Assembly: GCA_965204735.1 (NCBI GenBank) | Contig: OZ242008.1 | Coordinates: 1,088,001-1,152,000 of the forward strand | Source: Longimicrobiales bacterium | GTDB lineage: Bacteria; Gemmatimonadota; Gemmatimonadetes; Longimicrobiales; Gaopeijiaceae | Length of the DNA stretch: 64,000 nucleotides | Direction: 5' to 3' | Shown: in pieces, positions 32,472 to 40,578 of the stretch | Layout: the number at the start of each line of letters is the position of its first letter | Position numbering within the stretch: position 1 is the first letter of the stretch | The notes under the pieces: generated by a model | What the model was told of the DNA's origin: nothing | What the model saw: the letters and a program-made list of their open reading frames with translations, nothing else | Databases searched by the model: none | Made by a program: the position numbers and the translations under genes

Positions 32472-33386
32472 ATGCTCGACCACCGGCTGACGGAGCAGCG
32501 GAACCCGCGGAGCGACCGGATCGACCGGATGTCCCCGGTGGAGATCGTCCGCTTGATCAACCGCGAGGACCGGGCCGTCGCCGAGGCCGTGGGGCGGGAA
32601 GCCGATGCCGTCGCCCGGGCGGTGGAGCTGGCCGTGGAGGCGTTTCGCGCAGGAGGCCGGCTGCTCTACGTCGGTGCGGGGACCTCCGGCCGGCTGGGCG
32701 TGCTCGACGCGGCCGAGATGCCGCCCACCTTCGGCACCGATCCCGAGATGGTGCAGGGCGTGATCGCGGGCGGGCCGGCCGCGCTGGTGCGGGCGCAGGA
32801 GGGCGCCGAGGACAGCCCCGAAGACGGGGCCGCGGCGATCGACGAGCGGGAAGCGGGGCCTCGCGACTTCGTGATCGGGATCGCGACTTCGGGCACGACG
32901 CCCTTCGTCCACGGCGCCCTGGCTCGCGCTCGGGAACGGGGCGCCCGCACGGGCTTCCTCCTCTGCACGCCGCCTGCCGACGCGCTGCGGAGGGCGCACG
33001 ACGTGGTGATCGCGCCCCTGACGGGCCCCGAGGTCGTCACCGGCTCGACGCGCATGAAGGCCGGGACCGCCACCAAGATGGTCCTCAACTCCATCACGAC
33101 CGGGGCGATGGTGCGGCTGGGGAAGGTGGACGGGCACCTCATGGTGGACCTGCAGGTCACCTGCGCCAAGCTGCAGGACCGGGGGGAGAGGATCCTGATG
33201 GCCGCGCTGGGCCTTGGCCGGGACGAGGCGCGGGAGCTGCTGGCCCGGGCCGAGGGCCACGTCAAGACCGGGTTGGCGATGCACCGGCTGGGCGTGGGCG
33301 TCGACGCGGCTCGGGAGGCCTTGGAGCGGGCCGGGAGCATGGCGGGCGCGGCCCGGGGCGATCGGGCCGCGGGGGAGCGCTCGTGA
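32472..33386 (+). CDS. murQ: N-acetylmuramic acid 6-phosphate etherase
   Basis: Motifs TEQRNP, GAGTSGRLGVLDAAEMPPTFG, EGAED, GPEVVTGSTRMKAGTA and MVD. Confidence 0.95.
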   Translation: MLDHRLTEQRNPRSDRIDRMSPVEIVRLINREDRAVAEAVGREADAVARAVELAVEAFRAGGRLLYVGAGTSGRLGVLDAAEMPPTFGTDPEMVQGVIAGGPAALVRAQEGAEDSPEDGAAAIDEREAGPRDFVIGIATSGTTPFVHGALARARERGARTGFLLCTPPADALRRAHDVVIAPLTGPEVVTGSTRMKAGTATKMVLNSITTGAMVRLGKVDGHLMVDLQVTCAKLQDRGERILMAALGLGRDEARELLARAEGHVKTGLAMHRLGVGVDAAREALERAGSMAGAARGDRAAGERS

Positions 33387-35224
33387 AGCTCCCGACCGGC
33401 TTGCGGGCAAGCGGCTGGCTTTCCGACCGGCGACGCCACGCGCAGCCGTCGTCTCGCTCGACCGGCCCGAGCGGAGCGTCCGCAAGGCTGTGGACCGGCC
33501 TCGCCTTGGCCGTCGGCGCGCACGTCGTCCTCGCTTCGAGCGCCTCCGCGCCCCAAGTCCATCACGGGGGCGACAACGCCGCCTACCTCGCGCTGGCCCA
33601 CTCCCTGGTCCAGGACGGCTCGTACCGCGAGCTCTGGTCCCCCGGCCGGCCCGAGCACTCCAAGTACCCGCCCCTGTACCCGGCCTTCCTGGCGGCGATG
33701 ATCCTCGCCGGTGCCAAGAGCTGGAGCGCCTTCAAGGCGTCGTCGCTGGCGCTCACCGCCCTGGCCACGGCGTTCTGCTTCCTCTGGGCCCGGCGTCTCC
33801 GCGGCGACCGGGCCGGGCTGGTCGTGGCGCTGCTCTTCGGCGCTTCCTACGCGCTGCTCCACACGGCCCAGTGGATCCTGTCGGACCCCCTCTTCGTGGC
33901 CGCCACCTTCGGCTCGCTCTGGCTGCTCGCCCCGAAGTCGGCGCCGGAGCGCGCGCCGCCTCGGCGGGAGCTTGCCGCCGGATTGGCGCTGGCCTGCGCC
34001 GCCTACTTCACCCGCTCGGCCGGGGCGCCCCTGATCGCCGCGGCGGCGCTGTGGCTGGCGACGGGAAAGCGGTGGAAGGAGCTGGGCGTCTTGGCCGCTG
34101 CTCTCGCGGCGCCCGCGTTCCTCTGGCACAGCCGCTCCGGCGGAGAGTACGTGTCCGAGTTCTGGCTGATCAACCCGCTGGCGCCCGAGATGGGACGGGC
34201 AGGACCTTGGGAGCTGGCGGCCAGGGTCGCGAACAACGCCTGGACCTACGCCACCGACTACGTTCCCAACGGCGTCGCTGGGGCGATCGGAGGGGCCGCG
34301 ACCGCCGCGGGACTCGCACTGGCCGCGGCGGCGCTGGCCGGATGGCTGCGACGAGTTCGCTCCGGCCCCGAAGTCGCCGAGATCTTCGCCGGTCTCTACG
34401 TCTGCCTCATGCTGGCGTGGCCGTCCCAGTGGTCCGGCGACCGGTTCGCCCTTCCCGTGCTTCCCTTGGCCATCTTCTACGCCTACGAGTCGCTGGCTCG
34501 AGCGGCGGCGGCGCTGGCCGAGCGCGCGGCTCCGCTCTTCGGCGAACGCAGGACGAGCCAGCGCCCTCGTTCCCGGGCGGCGCCCCGGCGCCGGAAGGCC
34601 GGAGCGGCGGCGCTGGCGGCGGTGGCGGCGGTGTCCGCCGGCCTTTCGTGGACTCACCTGCGAAGCGGCACGGCGGATTGCCGGGAAGCGACCGCAGCGC
34701 AGGGAGCGCAGGGTCCCTGGGGCTGCCACGGCGAAAACGTCAGGGCCTTCCACATCGCGGCCCTCTGGGCCCGCGACAACCTGCCGGCGGGTTCGGCCGT
34801 GTTCAGCCGCAAGCCGCGCTTCTTCTACGCCTTCAGCGGACTTCCGTCGGCCGTCTATCCCTTCGAGAGCAACCCAGCCCGGTTCTTCGCCCTGGCCGAC
34901 TCCCTCGGGATCGACTACTTCCTGAAGAGCAACTGGGACGGAAGCGAAGCCTACTACGTGGGACCGGTGATCGCCGCCCGCCCAGAGCGGTTCTGCTTGG
35001 TCGCCGGCTTCCAGGGACCGAAGGAATCCATCGCGATCTTCGCGCTCCGACCGCCCGGAGACGAGGAAGCCGACGGCGCGGCCCAGCCCGGCTCGGCCGA
35101 GGAGTCGTTGCCCGAGTGCAGGGAGGGCAGCTCCGCGCTGCCGTCGCAGGCTTCCATCGCTTCGACGACCGTGCCGTTTCTGATCGACCGGGCTCCAGGC
35201 GACCCGACCTCGCCCGCCAGCTGA
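33383..35224 (+). CDS. GT-C fold (ArnT/PMT-like) membrane glycosyltransferase, paralogue 1
   Basis: First-loop motif GGDNAAYL..SL..G.Y, YPPLYP, ILSDPLF, FTR and RFALPVLP. About 10-11 TMs and a Cys-containing periplasmic C-terminus. Confidence 0.75.
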   Translation: MKLPTGLRASGWLSDRRRHAQPSSRSTGPSGASARLWTGLALAVGAHVVLASSASAPQVHHGGDNAAYLALAHSLVQDGSYRELWSPGRPEHSKYPPLYPAFLAAMILAGAKSWSAFKASSLALTALATAFCFLWARRLRGDRAGLVVALLFGASYALLHTAQWILSDPLFVAATFGSLWLLAPKSAPERAPPRRELAAGLALACAAYFTRSAGAPLIAAAALWLATGKRWKELGVLAAALAAPAFLWHSRSGGEYVSEFWLINPLAPEMGRAGPWELAARVANNAWTYATDYVPNGVAGAIGGAATAAGLALAAAALAGWLRRVRSGPEVAEIFAGLYVCLMLAWPSQWSGDRFALPVLPLAIFYAYESLARAAAALAERAAPLFGERRTSQRPRSRAAPRRRKAGAAALAAVAAVSAGLSWTHLRSGTADCREATAAQGAQGPWGCHGENVRAFHIAALWARDNLPAGSAVFSRKPRFFYAFSGLPSAVYPFESNPARFFALADSLGIDYFLKSNWDGSEAYYVGPVIAARPERFCLVAGFQGPKESIAIFALRPPGDEEADGAAQPGSAEESLPECREGSSALPSQASIASTTVPFLIDRAPGDPTSPAS

Positions 35225-35239
35225 CCAAGGAGAACGCGC

Positions 35240-37039
35240 GTGCCCCGCAAGACGAACCGCCGCAACCAGCCGGGCCGCGACGGCACGCCCGGAAGGCCCC
35301 GGGCCAGCCGCGACCGGGCGCCCGCGGCGCCCTGGGTCCGCCTCGCCCTGGCCGTCGGCGCGCACGTCGTCCTCGCGTTGAGCGCGTCCGCGCCCCAAGC
35401 CCATCACGGGGGCGACAACGCCGCCTACCTTGCGCTGGGCCACTCCCTGGTCCAGGACGGCGCCTACCGCGAGCTCTGGACCCCCGGCCAGCCCGAGCAC
35501 TCCCGGTACCCGCCCCTGTACCCCGCCTTCCTGGCGGCGATGATCCTCGCCGGCGCCAAGACCTGGAGCGCCTTCAAGGCGTTGTCGCTGGCGTTCACCA
35601 CCCTGGCCACGGCGTTCTGCTTCCTCTGGGCCCGGCGTCTCGGGGGCGACCGGGCCGCGCTGGTCGTGGCCCTGCTCTTCGGCGCTTCCTACGGGATGAT
35701 CCACGCCGCCCAGTGGATCCTGTCGGAACCCCTTTTCGTGGCCGTCACCTGCGGCTCTCTCTGGCTGCTCGCCCCGAAGCCCGGATCGGACGCGCCGCGA
35801 CGGCAAGCGCTTGCCGTCGGACTGATCCTGGCCGCCGCCGCCTACTTCACGCGCACGGCCGGAGCGCCCGTGGTCGCCGCGGCGGCGCTGTGGCTGGCGA
35901 TGGGCAGGCGCTGGAAGGAGCTGGGCGTCTTCGCCGCGGCTTTTGCAGCGGTCGCGCTCCCCTGGCACGCCCGCTCCGGCGGCGGGTACGTCTCCGAGTT
36001 CTGGATGATCAACCCGTACTCGCCCACGCTGGGGCAGGTCGGACCTTGGGAGTTGGCGGTCAGAGTCGCGAACAACGCTTGGTCCTACGTCGCCGAATAC
36101 CTTCCCGACGCCGTCGCCGGCGCTTCCGGAGGGGCCGCGGCCGCCGCGGGGGTCGCGCTGGCCGCGGCAGCGCTGGCAGGATGGCTGCGACGAGTCCGCT
36201 CCGGCCCCGGGGTCGGCGAGATCTTCGTCGGGCTCTACGTCTGCCTCATGCTGGCGTGGCCGTCCCAAGGGGCCTCGGTCCGGTTCGTGCTTCCCGTCCT
36301 TCCGTTGGTCCTCCTCTACGGCTACGAGTCGGTGGCATGGCTGGCGGCGGCGCTGACCAAGCGCGCGCCCGGGCCGTCCAGCCTCCTTGCGGCGCGCTGG
36401 CGCCGGCCGGCCGGAATCGCGGCGCTGGCGGTGGTGGTGGCGGTTCCCGCCGGCATGTCGTGGACCCGCTTGGAAAGCACCTCGCGGATTTGCCGCCAAG
36501 CGACGGCCGCCCTGGGTCCCTGGGGTTGCTACGGGGCCAACATCAGAGCCTTCCAGGCCATGGCCTTGTGGGCCCGCGACCATCTGCCGGAGGGTTCGGC
36601 GGTCTTCAGCCGCAAGCCCCGCTTGTTCTACGCCTTCAGCGGAGTTCCGTCGGCGGTCTTTCCCTTCGAAGTCAACCAAGCCCGGTTCTTTGCCATGGCC
36701 GACTCCCTCGGGATCAACCACTTCCTGAGGAGCAACTGGGACGGGCGCGAAGACCGCTTCGTGGGGCCGGTGATCGCCGCCCACCCGGAGCGGTTCTGCG
36801 TGGTCGCCGACTTCCAGGACCCGACGGAATCGATCTCGATCCTGGCGATCCGCCCGCCCGGAGACGAGGAAGCCGTGGATCCGGCCCAGCCCGGATCGGT
36901 CGAGGGGACCGTGCTCTCCGAGTGCCGGGCGGAGGGCAGTTCCCGGCCCCCGTCGCAGGCTTGCATGGCCTTGATGACCTTGCCGTTCCTGACCGACCGG
37001 TCCGCAGGATGGTGTTCTCGGCCCGACTTCTCGCCCTAG
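35240..37039 (+). CDS. GT-C fold (ArnT/PMT-like) membrane glycosyltransferase, paralogue 2
   Basis: Colinear and highly similar to 33383-35224 (GGDNAAYL, YPPLYP, ILSEPLF). Confidence 0.75.
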   Translation: MPRKTNRRNQPGRDGTPGRPRASRDRAPAAPWVRLALAVGAHVVLALSASAPQAHHGGDNAAYLALGHSLVQDGAYRELWTPGQPEHSRYPPLYPAFLAAMILAGAKTWSAFKALSLAFTTLATAFCFLWARRLGGDRAALVVALLFGASYGMIHAAQWILSEPLFVAVTCGSLWLLAPKPGSDAPRRQALAVGLILAAAAYFTRTAGAPVVAAAALWLAMGRRWKELGVFAAAFAAVALPWHARSGGGYVSEFWMINPYSPTLGQVGPWELAVRVANNAWSYVAEYLPDAVAGASGGAAAAAGVALAAAALAGWLRRVRSGPGVGEIFVGLYVCLMLAWPSQGASVRFVLPVLPLVLLYGYESVAWLAAALTKRAPGPSSLLAARWRRPAGIAALAVVVAVPAGMSWTRLESTSRICRQATAALGPWGCYGANIRAFQAMALWARDHLPEGSAVFSRKPRLFYAFSGVPSAVFPFEVNQARFFAMADSLGINHFLRSNWDGREDRFVGPVIAAHPERFCVVADFQDPTESISILAIRPPGDEEAVDPAQPGSVEGTVLSECRAEGSSRPPSQACMALMTLPFLTDRSAGWCSRPDFSP

Positions 37040-37050
37040 GAAGCCGCTTG

Positions 37051-37215
37051 CCCCGCATGAGGAAGCGCGCCCACGCCCGAGCCCTGGAGCGTCCATCGGC
37101 CGCGTCCGCGCCTCGTCGCCCGCCCCGCATGAGGAAGTGCGCCGACGCCCGAGAGTCGAGAGCTGCCCCATGGCGGCGCCGCGACCGGAGCGGTCAGCGC
37201 GCCCACGCCAGAGAG
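37051..37215. repeat. 2-3 degenerate direct repeats (CCCCGCATGAGGAAG.GCGCC.ACGCCCGAG)
   Basis: Copies at 37051 and 37123 (72 bp apart), plus a partial third copy at 37196. Confidence 0.7.
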
Positions 37216-40200
37216 GCGAGAGCCTTCGCCGAATCCTCGACGGCCGGCTCCTTGCTCTCGCTCGCTCCCCGGCGCCTGGCCTTCGCCGTCGCCGTCGCAG
37301 CTCTCTTCTTGGTCGTCGGCCCTCCCGGCCATGGCCCCTTCGCCGGACGCTTCGCCGCCGCCCAGTCCCCGCCGCCCAACGAAGCGTGGCGCCAGATCGT
37401 CACCAGCCACTTCGTCGTCACCTACCCGGAGGGGCTGGAAGAGCTGGCCGAACGGGCCGCGCAGCGCGCCGAACGCGCCCACGCCCTCTTGTCCGAGCGC
37501 TTCGCCGACGAGCCCGCCGGTCCGGTTCAGCTGCTTCTCACGGACCATGCCGACTTCTCGAACGGCTTCGCGACGCCCCTCCCGTTCAACCAGATCACCA
37601 TCTACGCGCGCCCGCCGATCGACGGAGGCAGCTTGTCCTACTTCGACGACTGGCTGGAGCTCGTCGTCACCCACGAGCTCGTCCACACCTTTCACTTCGA
37701 CATGGCGGGCGCCCCCGGCAAGGCGATCCGCGCCGTTCTGGGCAGGTACCCGGCGCCGTGGCCCGTCTTTCCTTCGGCCGCCACGCCCACGTGGATGAGC
37801 GAGGGGCTCGCCACCTACTTCGAGTCCAGCCTGACGGGAGCGGGCCGAGCCAGGGGCACTTGGCAGGAGATGGTCATGCGGACGGCGGCGCTGGAGGGCG
37901 CGCTGGGCTCGCTGGACCAAGTGGCCGGAAACTCGCCCGCGTGGCCCGCGGGGAGCCGGCCGTACGTCTACGGCGCCCGGTACCTGGACCGGATGGCCGG
38001 CGTCCATGGCGAGGAGTCCCTGGGCGAGTTCGCCCGCTCCGTGGCCGGGCTGTGGATTCCGTTCCGCCTGAACGCGGCGGCCCGGGACGCGTTCGGCGAG
38101 TCCGTGTCCGAGAGCTGGGACGCTTGGCGTCGCGAGACCACCGGGCGCTGGGAGAGCTTTGCGGCGTCGCTGGAGGCGGCCGTTCCCGCGACCGAGGGAG
38201 AGGTGGTGGACGGCTCGGCGCGGACTCCCCGGCAGGCGGTGGCGTCGCGGGACGGGAGCGCCCTGGCGTTCGTGCGCTCGGACGGGGTGGACAAGGCCCA
38301 GATCCGGGTGTCGCGCCCGGACGGGTCGAACTCGCGCTTCCTTGCCCGCCTCAACGGCCCCGGCGGCGCCCTCTCGTGGGGGCCGGACGGCGCCCTCTTC
38401 TTCTCGCAGCTCGAGTTCGAAGGTCGCTACCGGGTGCTCAGCGACCTCTATCGGGCGACTCCGGACGGGACTGTGGAGCGCCTCACCCGCGGCCTGCGCC
38501 TCTCGTACCCGGACGTGTCGCCCGACGGCGGCCGCGTCGTGGCGGTGCAGGAAGGGGACGGCACGAGCGCGCTGGCGATGATGGAGCTTGCCACGGGCGA
38601 CTTGACGCTCCTGGTCCCGCCCGCCCCCGACGTGCACTGGGCGCATCCCCGCTGGTCGCCCGACGGACGCCACGTCGCCGCGGTGCGCTGGCGCCGACCG
38701 GCCATGATGGACGTGGTGGTCCTGGCGGCCGACGGCACGCTGGCGGCCGAGCTCGCCCGGGATCGGGCCGTGGACACCACGCCGTTCTGGTCGCCCGACG
38801 GCAGCTGGGTCCTCTGGTCCTCCGACCGGACCGGCGTGCCCAACATCTTCGCGGCCCGGTTCCCGCCTGCGCCGCCCCCGGTCCCGGGCGCCGACCCGAC
38901 CGCCGACCGCCGACCCCCGACCGCCGTCCGCCAAGTCACCAACGTGCTCGGCGGCGCCACCCATCCGGCCGTGGACCCCCGAGGCCGTTGGCTCTACTTC
39001 TCGTCGTACCACGCCGACGGCTGGCGCCTCAAGCGGGCGCCCTACGACCCCTCCGCCTGGTTCGACCCCGGGCCGACCAGCCCCCGCTTCGACGAAGGGT
39101 CGGGCGGCCTGGACGACCCGCCGCCCCAGCCCGGCGCCGATCGGCCCGGCGCGGAGCCCCGGACCGCCACCGCGCCGGACGCCCGGCCGCTGGAGGCGTC
39201 CGCGCCTCGCGACTACCGGGCCGGCCAGACCCTGCGGCCCTACTACTGGACGCCGGTGGCGTCGCGGGCGGAGCAGGGAACCGACGGGTCGGGCGTCAGG
39301 CGCGACGTGATCCGACCCTCCTTTGGCCTGCGCACAGGGGGAAGCGACCTGGTGGGACGCCACCGCTACTCGGCGTCGGCGCGCCTCTCGCTGGACCGCA
39401 GGTTCTCGGGCGGCTTCGGCTACGCCTACCGAGGGCTCGGCAACCCGGACTTGGGCCTGACCTTCTCGCAGAGCCACGATCCCTCCTCCCGGTCGATCCC
39501 GGTCCGGCTCGCCGACGGAAACACGGCGGAGTACTTCCTGCTGGAGCGGGAGCGCCGGGCCAACCTTTCCGTCTCGTTCACGCGCCGCCGCTACCGGAGC
39601 TCGACCGCCCTTTCCGTGAACGGAGGCGTCGCCAGGGAGGACCTGACGCTTCAAGAGCTGGGCGGCGGCCCCGGCCCCGTCCTCTCCAGCCCGCCGCCGC
39701 GGAGCAACCACCTGGACGTGGGCGCCGTGCTGAGCTTCTTCAACGCGCAGCGGCGGGCGTTCTCTTTCTCGCGGGAGGACGGGATATCGGCCTTCGTCCG
39801 GGGTCGCCTGCGGCGGGAAACCGGCATCGAGGGCGAGCGGCGGGGCGTCGCGGGCCGGGACCGCTCGTACAGCGAGGTGCTGGGCGAGGCGTCGGCGTAC
39901 AAGGCCGTTGGAGGGCCCGGCTTCGCCAACCACGTCCTCGCCCTCCGCCTCTCCGGGGGCGCGGCGTTCGGCCCGGGCGCCGACCAGCGGCACTTCGACG
40001 CCGGAGGCGCCGAGGGCGCGAGGGAGGAGCTGTCGGGGCTCGGCCTCTTCGGCGGCTCCCCGCTGCTCTTCCCGTTGCGGGGCTACCCCGAGAACTTCCG
40101 CTCCGGCCGGCTCGCCTGGACCGCTTCGGTCGAATACAGGTTCCCCCTGCTCATGATCGACCGGGGGCTGGGCGCCTTCCCCCTCTTCTTCGACCGGGTC

Positions 40201-40425
40201 CACGGCTCCGTCTTCTTCGACGCCGGCAACGCCTGGGGTCCCGTCGCAGGCCAGCCGGGCTACGACAACCCCCGCGGGCCGGCCCTGGCCAGCGCCGGCG
40301 TGGAGGTCTCGGCGATCGTCCTGCCCTTCTACGCCCGGGGCCTGACCCTTCGGGCAGGCGTCGCCGTCCCGCTTCGGGTCGTCTCGGGTCCAACCTTCCA
40401 CGTGCGGCTGGGGAACGCCTTCTAG
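37057..40425 (+). CDS. Omp85/BamA-superfamily outer-membrane protein with N-terminal HExxH metallopeptidase and TolB/PD40 beta-propeller
   Basis: Signal peptide ending ..FAAAQ, HELVH..WMSEGLATY, repeated P.WSPDG, barrel motifs PLRGY and FFDAGNAW, terminal Phe (LGNAF). Start uncertain (37057, 37129 or later). Confidence 0.85.
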   Translation: MRKRAHARALERPSAASAPRRPPRMRKCADARESRAAPWRRRDRSGQRAHAREARAFAESSTAGSLLSLAPRRLAFAVAVAALFLVVGPPGHGPFAGRFAAAQSPPPNEAWRQIVTSHFVVTYPEGLEELAERAAQRAERAHALLSERFADEPAGPVQLLLTDHADFSNGFATPLPFNQITIYARPPIDGGSLSYFDDWLELVVTHELVHTFHFDMAGAPGKAIRAVLGRYPAPWPVFPSAATPTWMSEGLATYFESSLTGAGRARGTWQEMVMRTAALEGALGSLDQVAGNSPAWPAGSRPYVYGARYLDRMAGVHGEESLGEFARSVAGLWIPFRLNAAARDAFGESVSESWDAWRRETTGRWESFAASLEAAVPATEGEVVDGSARTPRQAVASRDGSALAFVRSDGVDKAQIRVSRPDGSNSRFLARLNGPGGALSWGPDGALFFSQLEFEGRYRVLSDLYRATPDGTVERLTRGLRLSYPDVSPDGGRVVAVQEGDGTSALAMMELATGDLTLLVPPAPDVHWAHPRWSPDGRHVAAVRWRRPAMMDVVVLAADGTLAAELARDRAVDTTPFWSPDGSWVLWSSDRTGVPNIFAARFPPAPPPVPGADPTADRRPPTAVRQVTNVLGGATHPAVDPRGRWLYFSSYHADGWRLKRAPYDPSAWFDPGPTSPRFDEGSGGLDDPPPQPGADRPGAEPRTATAPDARPLEASAPRDYRAGQTLRPYYWTPVASRAEQGTDGSGVRRDVIRPSFGLRTGGSDLVGRHRYSASARLSLDRRFSGGFGYAYRGLGNPDLGLTFSQSHDPSSRSIPVRLADGNTAEYFLLERERRANLSVSFTRRRYRSSTALSVNGGVAREDLTLQELGGGPGPVLSSPPPRSNHLDVGAVLSFFNAQRRAFSFSREDGISAFVRGRLRRETGIEGERRGVAGRDRSYSEVLGEASAYKAVGGPGFANHVLALRLSGGAAFGPGADQRHFDAGGAEGAREELSGLGLFGGSPLLFPLRGYPENFRSGRLAWTASVEYRFPLLMIDRGLGAFPLFFDRVHGSVFFDAGNAWGPVAGQPGYDNPRGPALASAGVEVSAIVLPFYARGLTLRAGVAVPLRVVSGPTFHVRLGNAF

Positions 40426-40467
40426 CTCCGTCTTCCGCCATCGGCCCGGCCGCCGGAGATCGGCTCG

Positions 40468-40519
40468 TTGACCACAAGCGGTAGTGTCGGTACCTTGGTT
40501 GGCCCACAACATGCTGTGT
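40468..40519 (+). promoter_or_regulatory. sigma70 promoter with tandem NrdR boxes
   Basis: TTGACC(40468)-17 bp-TACCTT(40491). CCACAAGCGGTAGTGT (40472) and CCACAACATGCTGTGT (40504) lie 32 bp apart upstream of the RNR gene. Confidence 0.8.
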
Positions 40520-40578
40520 CCGCGAAGCCTGGAAGGCCGAGCCGCCAGCCCTCTCCCGAACCCCAAGAAGAGCGCCCG

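Noticed and set aside
33214..40425. 2403-aa giant ORF
   Set aside because: The first ~1280 codons are an Arg/Gly/Pro-rich shadow frame over murQ and the two GT-C genes. Only the part from about 37057 is a real protein.
40426..40578. Cobalamin riboswitch before nrdJ
   Set aside because: The region is short, lacks recognisable B12-box elements and is explained by the promoter and NrdR boxes.
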